Source: Balanoglossus misakiensis (lineage: Eukaryota > Animalia > Hemichordata). From it: DNA of 64,000 nucleotides. Every line of letters begins with the position of its first letter. Positions within the stretch are counted from its first letter, which is position 1. Below the pieces are notes generated by a model. That model did not search any database. It saw only the letters and a list, made by a program, of their open reading frames with translations, and was not told the origin of the DNA. The DNA is taken from the NCBI GenBank assembly GCA_040954595.2, contig CM082586.2, positions 5,442,509 to 5,506,508 on the forward strand. Reading direction: 5' to 3'. Shown piece after piece: positions 11,601 through 27,118 of the stretch. A program made the translations under genes and the position numbers.

Positions 11601-14600
11601 AGACAGGGCCCACAACAAGAGCTTGAAAATAAAATATGTAGCTATAATACTCTAAAACAGTCGGCACCCGCCTGTAGAGGGAAAAAAATTAGAAGAGAGA
11701 AACAGAATGTCATATTCTGTGTGAAGCTCTGCTCTATGGGAGTTGGTTCTCTTCATCTCCATCTTCTAAGTCTTGAGCTTGTAATTTGACATAAACCATG
11801 AAATCTTGAAACTTCAGTAACTGTACTTGAATTGTAGTGAGCTTGTAATTTGACATAAACCATGAAATCTTGAAACTTCAGTAACTGTACTTGAATTGTA
11901 GTGAGCTTGTAATTTGACATAAACCATGAAATCTTGAAACTTCAGTAACTGTACTTGAACTGTTGCGAAGATCATCCTCTTGACGTAACACAGTCAGATT
12001 AAAACCTAAAAACCGTCTCCAACGTTGGGAGTTTTTGCAACCAACTGCAAACCAAAAACATTCACCATGATCTGACGAACTCTTCCTACCTCAGAGACGA
12101 CAGTATTTCAACAATTTCTCAATGAAAGTGACACCCCCTGGAAGGTGTATTTCTATAACATAAATACACTTACTTTGTCACCATTTCTTTCTGTTGTTTG
12201 TTCAACTCTTTATCATCTTTTGTCAAACCTGTGATTCAGAAAATTCAGAATTACATTCCGTTGAATGAGAAGGTAATCAAACTATAAAACCAGAGCAGGT
12301 GCGAATGAAACTTACCATCATGGAGACTGAAGGCCAAGCTTGTAACTTTCTCTGTCATTACCATCATTGGACTGTGAGGGGAAAAAATAAATGTATTAGT
12401 AAATTCCTCAAATGTAATCCTCTGGTCGTAAGATAGACAGAATTGCAGCACAGTTGTTATACTAAGGAGCAATGACCAGGTGTATGCGAAATAGTGCAAT
12501 TGCTGATTTTTGCGAGAACTTACCCAATGTGGTCCATCTTATAAATGTTGACATTTTTGATCTGTTGGCTGATGTGAACAGCCGACATGTAGACCATGGC
12601 GAAGGTGAGGACGAACTTGTGCACGACTCGCGGGTTCATGGTACGCATCATGATGTAGGGGACGGTGGCCTGCATCAAGAGATGCATGAATGACCTGGAA
12701 GGGAGAGAAGATGATTTGGAAGTGAAATAGATGAACATACATTTAAGATTACAGTCTCAAGAGTGATTATCCCCGAGCAATTAAAGTGTATAAGTCGTTT
12801 AAATTTAGGTAAAAACAAAAGGAACTTGTTATGTAAACTAGTCTACAGGAGAACACAAGTCTGAAAGTGATAAAGTTACCACATATCCACTGACACTCCC
12901 CATGCAAATTACCCAAGTCAAAATATGTGCACTGAACTAGTTCATCTCATCCATGCTCCAAAGCTTATCACGATACATGAAGAATTTTTTGATGTAACTG
13001 TTCACCTTTGACTGACAGTAATCCTTCAGATATTTAGTTGTGCTACTTGAAGCGCTTTCGTACAATTGTGAATTTTTTAGCTTCTAATATGTGACGGTCG
13101 CTTGGCAACTAAGCCACTATATCTAGTGGCTTGTCAGATTTTTCTCATGAAAATTGTAATAGTACAAGATCGATAACACATTTTTTTTATCCACGATGAA
13201 TAAGTAAATGTTGCACAGTGTCTCCAGCAGAAATGCATACATAAATTAGAATCAAACGTCCAACTTTCACAAAAAGAGAAAAATAAAATCTCTTCATGTT
13301 TGGAATTTTTTCTTTAAACCAATCAAATCATGACTGATGAATACCATTACAAGGAGATTTCCCCTGGTGATGTGAAAATTTGATATTCTCCGTCAATAAT
13401 TGCTGAAATTCTCCTTTTGCTAGCTTATCAATTCCAGAGCTTCAGGGCAAAAGTTGTGACTATAATGTAATGATGTACGACAGGCAAAGTTGACAATAAA
13501 ACATCGTATCATTTCTTTCAAAATTAGATATCTGAATTCTTCTCTACTACAAGCGCTGCTAATCAATACAGGGACACTGAACTAGTTTTCATAAAAGACT
13601 GTTGAAGAAATACCATCATCTCTAATTTATGTGATTTAATGTATCGCACAGCAGTGTGTTCGAATTTTTTAAATGCCAGACCATCACCGGTCAATCAGAG
13701 TTTCAACAACTGCCTGGACTTTAACTCGCTGATTTGCATGTTTAAACAAAAGTCAGCCAAACTTCTGACTTTCACACGATTGGAGTGGTGCCATCTATTC
13801 ACTTCAGGCGAACGTCTTGAAAGAAAAAAATAACCTTCGTTTGACCCTATTGTTGGCTTTTTGTAGTCGAATACAAAGGAGTGGCTGTGCTTGGAATAGT
13901 GGGCTCTTGTCGACAAAATACTACATGTACCTGTATGAACAAGAACATGTTATAGGACCACTGTTCTCCCCAGGAATTTCTGATGGAATATCGGCTAATT
14001 TACATAACATTATAATCAAAGTTATGATAACGAGTTTCAATTGTTTTTTTCAAATTAAAGGGTATTGGCCAATGCCCTTTAATTGTTCTGGGAGAATACT
14101 ACATGGTTAGGCAATCACTCCTGAAGTCATTGCTTAACCATATAACCTCACATAATGCTCTGCACAACATGTCAAATTACAAGTCTACCCAACCTAAACT
14201 ACCAATGGAATGTCCCACCCTCCACAGTAAACTTTACTGGGTAGGCTCCACCTCAAACATTATGAGGGGGGTTCAACAACTTACCACGTGTAGGAGTACC
14301 ATCCTATGTAAAGGCCGAACGACGTCGCGAATATGTGCCTGGTTCTTGGGGAGACTTTATGAGGGTGGAGGACCGTCCGGAAAACCACGGCTAGGATGAG
14401 ACTGGACACTTGGAAAAAGGCAAAATTGATCTGCAAGAGTGGATAACAGAAACAAGAGTTGTTTTAATGGAATTAAGCTTACATCATATGTATCTTTGGC
14501 CATTACAGGCTGACAAACTAAAAAAAAAAATTGAATAAAATCTTGATGGTGAGAATATGTAGAATGAAACAGATGTCATTTATTCCTTTACTCACTGTAT

Positions 14601-16735
14601 CTTTTCTTGTGTAAGTGGTAATCATTAATACTCAGTCATTTCACTGATAAATTGAAGAGAATTATTAAATTCACAATGGCATGTACAGAGGTCTTGTTGA
14701 AGGACCAGCCTCGGAAACAACATAGCAACTGATTCGCAACTATTCAGACAAAGTTGTCCTAAGTATTTATGTATGTTGCAGATTACATGACTGAAAACTA
14801 AGGTGGCATAACCAGTGCCACTCCTATAACAACCATGCCAGTCGTAAACTACCAAGTTCAAAGGTCATCCTAGCAATAAAGTCCTGTAAAGGACAACACA
14901 CCAATAAATTTGGAACAAAAAGAAATCTTTGAAATTTACATGAATGTCTAGTCGCCGAAACAAAAAGTTTAAGAAATCAAAGGTCACTGTCAATTGTACT
15001 GTTTTGATGCACTCCTATAAAACTACATGATCAATATGTAAAACTAAAACCTATTTGTCTACTTGCATAATCACTGCCCAAGACATGACCTATATCGATG
15101 CTACTTGTAATGTAATGGTGCTGTGAATGTCAGTCAAAAGACCATGTGAATATATTACTCATTACTGGTAGTGTTGTTGTCGAATAAGAGCATTTTTATT
15201 TTGTTGTAAAGTGAATTTCCAACCAACTGATTAATTTATGCAAAGGGTCAGATGGGAACTAAATATTCTGTGAGTAAATATTTGTTACTGGAAATCTCCA
15301 ACAAACCATGTCAAACATTTGCATAAAATTAAACCAGGCAACACTAATTTATTAAAAACCATGGTTTGTTTCTCTGATAAATAAGAATACACCCCAAAAA
15401 GATTATTATTAATCATAAAATTGTTTGCTAAAGGATATCCTATTAAAAGAAATAAATTCAATATTGCCAAAAGTTGTTACATTATGATATAATTCAGTCA
15501 TAAAGGTCATCTGAAGATGATTACATCATTTTAATGGGATGATTTCAATGTTCAAACACTGATTTCAAAACTAATGACGTTAACATTAGTCCTACAAATT
15601 ATGTCATCATTGATGTCTCTATCATTCATGTATCCAGACACCGACGAATCTCGCTTTGAATGTGAAGAGTTCATTTGATATAATGGTCAACTACCTTCGA
15701 AACATTAACCCCACTAGCTAAATAATGACCCTAAATGCAAACACAGTCTCATAGATAGCTGTTAAAGTTGGCTGGTGACATGACAGGTCGCTTTGATAGC
15801 GAACAGTCCATCCATGCAAACGCTTTTCCCCAAGGACACCAATAAAATAAATTGTCTGTAGCGACTGTCAGTTAAAAGTGAAATACAACCCACATATATT
15901 TCGGACTCGTTTGTCAAAGATCACAGAAATACCATCCATCCATCTGCCACACTCCCTCTTACTTGTAGCTCTGCAAGTCATCGCCGCAAGACACACAGCC
16001 CTAGGCCCTGCCACGCAGAGCTACCATGTTATTACATGTATATTACAATGTAAAGCGATCCACGCGTTGTCATCTCTCAAATTTACTTCAAACAAGGGAG
16101 GGGCACTAATCAGTATGCGTTTTGCAGTGAGACATCGGCACGCTTATAACAAATTCTGTGTCAAATTTCTTGCAGTTTATGTGTCAATGATTATTCTTAT
16201 ACGCGACAGTGCAGTGGCATCCTAGTCCTTCACTTGCGATCACTTCCTGTCTCAATGTTATCGACAACGCCTTTATTGACGTGACGCACGTGTATGGAGA
16301 TGCGCTACGCAAAAGTTTGTTGACCCTGGGCACGACACTGGCAATGTACGTGTTAGATCCGAAACATAGCGCATTTCACACAAACGCATTCACTAATTGT
16401 GCGGAATTGGTAACTGCGTGATGATGTGAATGATATCGGCATAAACATTTCCCTTCCAAAGCTCCCTAATCACCGAGATCGAAAACATCGCTTGTTGCTT
16501 AGGATTTGCAATGTTATTTTCTGTTTACATCGCTGACCCGGTCAATCACCGCTGCTATGTATTCTAGGTGTGTCACCTTGATCGGATCGCGACGAAAATC
16601 AGCAACTGTCTCACAATTCATTCGGATGTTCTCTTTCATTCGAGTATAAGGCAGAGCATTTCCGCTTACCTGATCCGTCGGCAATCCCGTTTTTCGGGAC
16701 GCAAGTTGAAGTAACGACCACAGTCCGGGCGCCAT
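8633..16735 (-). CDS. MBOAT1: Membrane-bound O-acyltransferase, lysophospholipid acyltransferase of the MBOAT1/MBOAT2 group
   Basis: 12 phase-consistent GT-AG exons: 16735-16670, 14430-14285, 12694-12524, 12371-12316, 12228-12174, 11671-11491, 10872-10782, 10445-10344, 10152-10049, 9662-9465, 9113-8962, 8813-8633. Motifs PMMVMTEKVTSLAFSLHDG, DAVNNASGLGFNG, WNIQTNVWLRYVCYDR and catalytic-His WHGFYPGY. Probably co-orthologous to vertebrate MBOAT1 and MBOAT2. Confidence 0.93.
11775..11959 (+). repeat. 64-bp tandem repeat, ~2.9 near-identical copies, in an MBOAT intron
   Basis: gagcttgtaatttgacataaaccatgaaatcttgaaacttcagtaactgtacttgaattgtagt starts at 11775, 11839 and 11903. Confidence 0.95.
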
Positions 16736-17230
16736 GTTGGGTGGTTTGGTCACCAACTGATCGTACGATATGCTATGTCCTGATTGGTTGATTGTGACCT
16801 GAAAATTAGCATCTTCTTTAAAAAAAACATTTTAACTATTGACGCTTCTTCGGCGTACATTCCACCATAAAGCGGCACCATTCATTATTATTTATTGATC
16901 TTGTGTCAAAATATATCACTCAAGAAATCACAAACTATGTACATGTACGTTTAAAATCAGTTTCTATGTTGTAGGAAATCCGGCAACAGGTAACGACCTG
17001 GCCGCTCTGCTGTCTCCAGCGGAATCAATGTTTTTCAGAGAGACTTGACAGTAAAGAGAAGGAAATACAATAATTCAGAAAGCTTGCTAACAATTACTAG
17101 TATTGAATCTGGTATGACGCCATCACTTTGATCGACGTGTCTTTGTTTTTGTTTGTTCCGCCATTGAATATGTATATTTCACATTTAAAATATACATGTG
17201 CTGGGGCCGGGCAAATTTGCCGGGTATTCC

Positions 17231-17284
17231 GCACGTGACCGAAGCTGGCGGGAAATATGATTTCGCGCGCTTTCACACTTCAAA
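17231..17284 (+). promoter_or_regulatory. E2F proximal promoter with E-box and two E2F sites, in the MBOAT/E2F divergent interval
   Basis: CACGTG (17232), TGGCGGGAAA (17246-17255; reverse complement TTTCCCGCCA), TTTCGCGCGC (17261-17270) and TTCAAA (CHR-like, 17279), ~270 bp upstream of the E2F ATG. Confidence 0.65.
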
Positions 17285-17540
17285 AGTTTAGACAACCCGA
17301 GTTGATTGCAGCTGCTTGGTGTCTAGCTATTCTCTCTGTCGACATCTGTTTAAATCCTGTGCCATCCTCACCCAATCGAAGGCTGCCTCTACCCAAATCC
17401 ACTGCTGCTAAGAAGCTGGTATTCTAGTCTGCCATCCTCGGTGGTTATTTCATGAATGGTGTTCCGATTTTGCTCGAAATTCCGGACATTTTCATTGTAA
17501 ACAATCGCTATCGTCCTCTGACAGCTGGAAAAAGTTCACT

Positions 17541-20500
17541 ATGCCAAGAGGCCAGTCCCTCCAAGCAGTTCGCCGTGTTGCAGTACCAACCTCCGTTCCG
17601 ATTCAAAAGAGGCCGCCTGCAACTACAGTGGTGACTAACTACAGACAGGTTTCTGGAATTCTTGCACAGGGGATAACACAAGTTCAAGACTCTGTAACTT
17701 TGGTGCAAAAAACAAAGACCCTGCAACAACAAGAACTTCTAACGCAGATCGGCTGCACCCCCGACTTGCAAACAAAGGTCATCAAACCACTCATAGGTCG
17801 ACCGCCTCAGGTACGTATTATTTTGCTTGCAAAACCTTGAAAGTAAAATATACTCGCAGAACACGAGTAAAATTGAAATGAACATAGAGTTACCATAACT
17901 TTGTCCAACTTGAAATGGGATCCAATATGGAGCATCTATTTCACTTTCATATGATATAATCGATTTCAGAACTTCTGGAGCCGTCAAAAATAATCGGCGT
18001 TTCAAGTAATCTCCCTCAAATTATCATCCTGGGCTAGATTTTTAAACGTCTTACCCCGATCCCTTTAAAAATGCAAATGTTTTACGTTTTAAAAAACTTG
18101 TGGAAATTTAAAACTTGCTGTGACATGCCCTGGCCACAGAAACTGGACCCCTCTTTGTCCCAATTCTTTGTTTTGAGGCTCTCTTCATACATGCATGTTT
18201 TGTGTCGCCGATTTTAATGTCTAAATTAATCCATTTCATTTTCCCAACCAGATTTTATCCATATTTTGGTTTTACGTTAGTAAAAATCGCGACGCGATCG
18301 CTGTTTTCCCTCGAAAAGTCGACTCATGTCCGGACTTGCTCGTTTAAAGAGTCTGTCCGTACATGCTGTAATTCCGCGCCGGTTGTTTATTCTGACGCAG
18401 TTATCTGGAGTGAGGGTCCAAACAAAGGGGGTACAGGCCGCGAAATGTTGCTTTGCCCCGCCCTGTTGCCACTCGTGTTGACAAAACCACGTTGCAAAAT
18501 CAAATCAGGGAGGAAGGGCCTATGGAAAAACCGCAAGAGTTTCCCGCGGTATGCTAATGAGTATCCCATAAAACAATTGGGAAAATGAACTTGTTACAGT
18601 TACTATGGCCAAGTGAATTGTTCCCATTGATAACCTGTTGGGTTTTAAACTCACTCTTATGAAATCTGTTTGAAAGGACGTTTTTTTGGGCATTTATTTT
18701 CAAGGACAAATATAACATTTCTTGACCACTATATCCTGCAGAGTAGACTTTTCTGTACCCATGTAAGATTAATAATTCAAAGAGCAACTACACTTAATTA
18801 AAGTTTTAATTTTAGAAATACTAAAAATCCCAACACTCAAATTGACAAAGTGAAATGCAGTACAGTGAAACATACGGCACTTTTTTTTAGTTTACTGGAA
18901 AAGTAGGTACAGAGATTAAAAAGATTTCACCCATAGACAGGTTTGCATTGATAAAACCAGGTTGCCAGGGACGATGATTGTTCAAGTTGCATGATTTCGT
19001 ATTCATGTCCTATTGCCCAAATCAATCCATCTTACATAATTATCTTTGCAAGGTCTTTTGTAATAGGGATGTATCTCCCCTCAAGCATCAATATCCATCA
19101 GTTGATCCTGACATGTGGTGTAATATACACAACACAGCACCTTTTCAATGTAATATACATTGTCCGTATGTAGATTTCTTGTCGTATTGTAATATTCTCA
19201 TCTTCCTCTGCATAAGGAAATGTTTCAGTCAAAAATACTAATTTATATTTTCATATGCGAACTGTGACACCTCAATAAAATATCTCCCCATGTGGAACGT
19301 GCACTCCATTCTTGTGCGCCGTTGATTGGCTGTTCCGTTGGAGGTCATTTCCCCTATCAGTAATGGTTTGACCCTGTGATCTGACATCATCTCCTGTTTC
19401 AGCAGTGGTTTCCATAAAACTGTCACTCTGTGCTCCACTGAGATAAAAAAGGGATGATGAAGTAAGGAGGTATTTGTATTGATCCCTTGCACGGCTACCC
19501 CTCTTACAAGTAACCCACCCCCCTCGTAGATTTATGACGTACACTGTTAATTTACGCATTTGACTTTCAAGGGCACTGGGGGAAAATAACAGCAACTGCA
19601 TCAAAATAGGATGCAGCAGAAATGAACACATGTTAGATGCTGCTATATCTGATCGCAAATAAAAGATCACTGCAGACATATAATCAACATGAACCTGAGA
19701 TTAAAACCCCATCTTGGTAAAAAAGAAGCAGGTTTTTCACCATTGGCTGCAGCGATGTTATACCAAACGAAACAATCAATGTGTTGATTTTTTTTCTTTC
19801 TGATTTGCAGGCAAAACGAAAACTAGACCTGGATGTGACGGCGGCCATGTTAGATGAGGGCTTTAAGAGTCCAAGGGGGAGTCGCAAGAAGCCAAGACCC
19901 AGCCCCAGGGGAGCAGGTAAGCAGCCCGGCACTTCCAGATATAAATCAGGAGACAGGCTTTTCTGACGTCACGCCCCACACAATTAAATTAGACCCCGGT
20001 AATCCTCTCAAGCCAGAGATCGGGAGATCAGTGCGTACATAGCTGCAGATCTATAGCCAGCATCTTCATTTCAATAACAGAGCAGAAATATTCCATGATT
20101 GTTGAAAGAAGACAATTTGGGAAGGGGGTAGAACAGGCAGACAATCTGGCGAGGCAGCGTTTTATAATTTGGTCACAAATAGCTTCATTGTCATGTAAAA
20201 TTTCACTCCGGCAATTTCACATTGAGGGAAAATGTGACCTACTGCTGGTGAAAATTGCATGTATTTGTGATAATTTGTTGATTATCAACGAAAGTGGGTA
20301 TTTCATGTGTGGTTTGTCGCTTGTGAAATTAAGCGTTTAGAAGTAATCGTAGCCATTAATCTGCATGTGTTCTTTTTTTTTTTTTTCTCGCAGTACGTTC
20401 TCCCTCAGAGAGAACCAGATACGACACATCCCTCGGGTTGCTGACAAAGAAATTCGTCGGTTTACTTCGCAACGCCCCGGAGGGAGTTCTCGATCTCAAT

Positions 20501-23500
20501 TATGCCGCCGAAGTGCTGGAAGTGCAGAAGAGGCGCATCTACGACATCACGAATGTACTCGAAGGGATTAACCTCATTGCGAAGAAATCGAAAAATAATA
20601 TAGAATGGAAGTAAGTTGATATTGCTGCATTTCTTAATTCTGTTGCTTTGTTAATTGATTTGCCTAGAAATAAACCAATTACGTATTGGACACAAAGTTA
20701 TGAAACCCACAGATTTTACTAATTGAGTTGGTTCACATGGATAAGAAATCTCATCTTGCTCTGTATGTAGATGAATTCAATTACACACAAGTTAGCCAGA
20801 GAAATGTCCGGATCATTCAACCATTGCAAACCAATACAATATGGTGATCACTTACGTGAGCGGATTGTCTTCAGAGATCCAGCACTCTGGTTCCAACAGT
20901 ACTCCAAATCTCAGTGAGCCCAGAGGTTTTTGACAGGAAAAATTTCCCTGTACCCATGCTACGATGTTATATATACAAACTGGAAAATTAAATGTCCTTG
21001 TTTTGAGCAAAACAAACATCTGCCAGGGCAAACAATTATAGTTCCTTATAAAAATGGCAATATTGTTGAAATTGTCCTTTAAAACAACATATGGCGTTGC
21101 AAATTGACCGTATTGTTTTGCAGAGTGGTGACCATACTTGAGGTTGTGAAGGCTTCAGTTTAATATAAATGAGTTTATTTTCAGTAGAGAAAAAGAAAAT
21201 CCATTTCTAAAGCTAGATTTATTGCAGACAAAATACAACCACAGGTTCTGAAGACAGTAAAGTGACCTTTTAGAAGTCTGACGAGTGGTCAGAAAGTCTA
21301 ACCCCATTCATTGAACCGAATGACTGCACAGGCAATTTCTGCGAACCTGGCATTTTTAGAAGTCCTGTCTTTTGTCCTGCATGGCCTTTGATCTCATTTA
21401 TCTACGTACAGCCATCATGCCACTGTAAATAGAGACCCTTGTCCCTACCCTTTTAAAACCAGCAGAGACCATGGAATGCCTTTATTTATTGCTTCCTGTA
21501 CTGAAGGTCTTCTGGAGGGTGAACCCTCCCCCAATACATTATTTAACACCCCCCCCCCCCCTATGTAACTATCCTTGGAGGAAGAGATTAAGGATGCGAT
21601 GATCATTTTAACTAATATCTGATGGATTTTTCTTTTATTACAGGGGCTCGGGAAACTCGTTAGCATCAAAAGGTAGTGAAGGCAAAATAACCACGGAAAC
21701 AGTTGATTTACATTCTGGTGAGTGGATCAGCACGAAGAGTTGCAATTCCAGATAATTTATAATTCCTTCCCAATCACAGTTTGTGTAGTTTTGGAACATG
21801 TTTCTCACACACACAATTCCAGGAAGACTCACTCAGCCTTACATACCGTCTGGATAAAGACGCAATTATCAATTCATCTTGAATACCGATTTTATTCAAT
21901 TTTTTTCTTCCCCAGAATTACTAGATCTTGAAGCCAAAGAAAATAGACTAGATGACCTAATCAAAAGCTGTACCCTTCAACTGAAAATGCTGACAGAAGA
22001 TGCAGGCAATGGCAGATATCCTTTCCATACATATTAAGCCCTTGCTCTGGCCTTGATACGTGAAATCCATCTCTAGCTTTTTTTTGCCTGGTTACTGTTC
22101 AATGTGGTGTAAATTTGCAATTCCTGTCAATATTTTGTGCACACAACATGTTTATTCCTTGACCATTCTTACGCATGCCTACGTAACTTATCAAGACATC
22201 AGGGGAATCAAAAGTTTTAACGAACAAACAGTCATTGCAATCAAAGCACCACCAGAGACCAGACTTGAAGTTCCTGACCCTACAGAGGTAAGTGTTTAGA
22301 AAATAATAATTTAGTGTTTACAAGACTCCAGTGAGCTTAAACCACTGTTACCGAGGTAACAACAGAAATGCGAGCAATGAGAGTCAGTTCAGTAGGACAG
22401 AACAAAACTGAGGAACCAAAAACACCCTTATGAGTCTATTTGCTGAATACAAACACACTTCTTTTTTCTTGTGTCCGACAGAGCATCCAAATATGGCTGA
22501 AGAGTACACGGGGCCCGATTGAAGTCTACTTGTGCCCGGAGGAGGCATCCGACAACGAAAGCAGTTGCAACAGCGGCAGTTGTTCCGAGTCGGACTCTGC
22601 AACATCATCACCGAACAGCTTTAAAGGTAAAGCTCCTAAGAAATTATTCAACCATGTTTCTCTCAGATGACCTCAATTTCGACATTCACAGAAATGTAGG
22701 TCAGGTTAGTCTTCTACGAAAGGGGATGTGTAATATCGGTCACTGAACTATAAACTTGTTCTTGCATTCATTCATTGATATTTTGTGTCTTTTGCCTAAT
22801 TGAACTCAAAGTGTAATACGAATAGAATCCCCTCTCTCTAATTCTCAAGAAAAGTAATTATCTTGGGTGTGTCCAACCAGGCTTTTACTTGCATGAAAAC
22901 TACACCCCTTACTCGTCACAGTTGATAATTCCAAACAGTGTCCGCGTTTATTTGGCTACCGTAAATGTATGTGTAAACGACAATCAGCACTTGCTGGGAG
23001 AGTGGGTGTCTGTAAAGGAAATGGGTTCTTTGAATCTTGATAACCCTTTCACAATCAGCTGATTACCAGTGGAATGGGTAAATGTTTGACTGTGCTTTAT
23101 GAAAAATATGACAATATGCCAGCCACTATTCAGAATTAAATCGGATTCGTGGATGAGTTTGATGTAGTTTTTCTTGTATACTTATGACTTTCTTTTATTG
23201 CCAAACTAGGTGACCCACCCCTGAAATCTGAGACCATCGACGAGGACGACATTTCACCTTTGAACTTAGAAAAAAGCCTCCTGTTACAAACGGAGGACCA
23301 GCATGCGAGTCAAGACGACATTGACATGCCGTTTGTGCAACTCTCTCCTCCAATTTTGGAGGACGACTACCCGTTCTCATTGGCTGATCACGAAGGACTG
23401 ATGGATCTCTTTGACGCCTACGATTTGTGGGGCGGCGGCGGCGATCAGGCTGCGGCGGGAGCTGCATCGGATGGCAGTGTCATTAACGTCGACGGTCCCA

Positions 23501-23511
23501 AGGTGCAGTAA
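17541..23511 (+). CDS. E2F3: Activator-type E2F transcription factor (E2F1/2/3 group)
   Basis: Exons 17541-17810, 19811-19916, 20394-20610, 21644-21717, 21916-22015, 22173-22287, 22482-22626, 23210-23511. Cyclin A-binding [10 protein letters not shown]-binding domain [13 protein letters not shown]...[14 protein letters not shown], marked box AYVTYQDI...IAIKAPPET, Rb-binding [18 protein letters not shown]. Confidence 0.95.
22016..22172 (+). other. U12-type (minor spliceosome) AT-AC intron in E2F
   Basis: 5' end ATATCCTTT, branch point TTCCTTGAC (22155-22163), terminal AC at 22171-22172; splicing restores [13 protein letters not shown]. Confidence 0.93.
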
Positions 23512-25382
23512 GGATACTACTATTGGTGTGTGTTTTTCGACTGGTTTCATCCAAGCTTTTTTTTCTGCACATCTGGGAGAGGCGGGTTGTTCCGGATGAA
23601 GTATGGAATGCATTACAGAAGACGGGCGAGCAATACAGGTGCTTTTCTGCACACAAGAGCTACTATCCCTAGTGCATTTTCGTTCCTCGTGGGGTACATG
23701 TATTTTGGTACAACATTTTCTAAGCAAAAGTACTAGCTTCTGGTCAAGATGTGGTTTTGGTTGTGAAGAAAGATTTTTACTTTCTGTTGTGCGTGTTTAT
23801 CCCATGCTGGAAGAAAATACCCCTGACTCAGTAACATGAAACAATGTCAAATGGGGTCATAAGTACCCACGAATTGAAATGTGAAAGTGTAGTTTAATTG
23901 GAAGGAAATAAGGTATGTACCTGTAGTATGTAAATTTTGAGAAAAAGTACATGCACATTTCTGTTGTTGGAAATTATTTCTGAAAAATGTTAATCCTTGT
24001 TTTCTACATTGATGGAGCAGTCAGAAATAAGCTATGTAATAAAAATATTCTATTTACAGCAAAAAATCTAATAAGTCATTGAAAAAAAATTGTTTAAATC
24101 TTTTTTTAAATGTGAAAACTGTTCTTGGACTGAGAAAGTGTGTGCCTATCTATTTGTGTTTCAAAATACTGTAATTTTATGATCTGAAATAAATTCTTGC
24201 CAGCAATGTTGTGATCTACAAAATACTGCAATATATTAAAGTCGTAAACTTTTCATCAACAATTAGCAAATGAAGAGGGTTCCCTAGCTTTTAGCAGCTG
24301 TGACTATCCCAGAATGCATCTGTTTAGTGGGGCAAATATTTGGGGCCATGGCCAGGGTAACATACGTATTCTAAGTCAATGGATATTCAGAAGTTTATGA
24401 TGAATCCAGTAATTCAGACTTGAATTTATCTTGGGTTTTGAGACTCTTGTTGGGAAACACTTTATTTATTTAACCCCTGCACAAAGAAATCTTTTGTGAT
24501 ATTGTCGTTTAGAATTTATGTTGTTACATAGGCAGAAAATTACTGCAATAAGTCTTGCAGCTTAAAATACTTATTTTGCCCAGTTGGCAAGTTATAGAGT
24601 GTATTTGTACAAAGTGTAAAAAGGAGCAACAGTTTCACTTACCTCCCCTGCATTTTTGATATCTGTGGAATAATCCAGGCTCTTGCTGTGCACTACCTGA
24701 GCTTGGATTGTTCCATTGGGAAATGTTAGGGGTGGGAAGAATGGAACTGATGGGCATGGCAAGTGCTATGTTGTAGCAGGCGCTGTTTTTTTGTTCTGAA
24801 AGTTTTGTTTTCCTTTGCTATTTAACATTATATTCATGTTATTATTAAAAAACTATATTGGAGAGAAAAATATATAAGAAAGTTATGTTTTTGATTAAAT
24901 GTAGTTGAACTTTTAGAGTAAAATATTAAAGTCTGCTTGTTCTTTTATCATAAGTTAAAAAACACGGAAACAGCATTCCCGTTTTAAAATTGTAAATTCC
25001 ATATCTTGATACAGTATGCCTTGTAGGTTTATGAAATATTCAATAAAAGATAATAAAAACTCTCAAATTGTCTTCAGTGTTGTGTCCTTTCAGAAATGTG
25101 TTTATTATCACAACTATTTGCTGCTGAACAAATCTTCACCCGTACTCAATGTGGACAGTCGCCAGTCAAAATGCCTGACTGAACACGACCTGGGACCCAT
25201 GTGTACAGTTTGTAAATGCCACAAATACATTTACATGCAATATGCTAAGGGCTGTGTCTGGCTGTCACAAATCATTTAAATCACTCTGACTTCTGAATAT
25301 CATGGGAGGGAATTTTAAAGTCATGATTTCCACTGGTGAATTACTGCAATTCCATTTTCCAGTATAGTGCAGAGTACATTCG

Positions 25383-26888
<1,506 letters not shown>

Positions 26889-27118
26889 GCTTGTTTGTTA
26901 TGGTCGGGCTAATGCAAGAAGCAAATCTATTGGTTCCTTTGGATGCGTTACCGCTTGGTGTCGATGAATCACAAGTACGGAGACAAATCAACTTGTATGC
27001 TGGTACTTCCGGGTTAGAGGTCACAGGTCAATCACAACAAGGAAGTAGAGAATCCTTACTGATTGTACTCATCCACGTCTAAAAAACGTTGTTCCTGACT
27101 TAAGGGGACGTCAAAAAC
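26889..27118. promoter_or_regulatory. Compact bidirectional promoter, ADAT2 / BLOC1S5
   Basis: Divergent ATGs only 230 bp apart; central ETS-type ACTTCCGG at ~27005. Confidence 0.7.
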
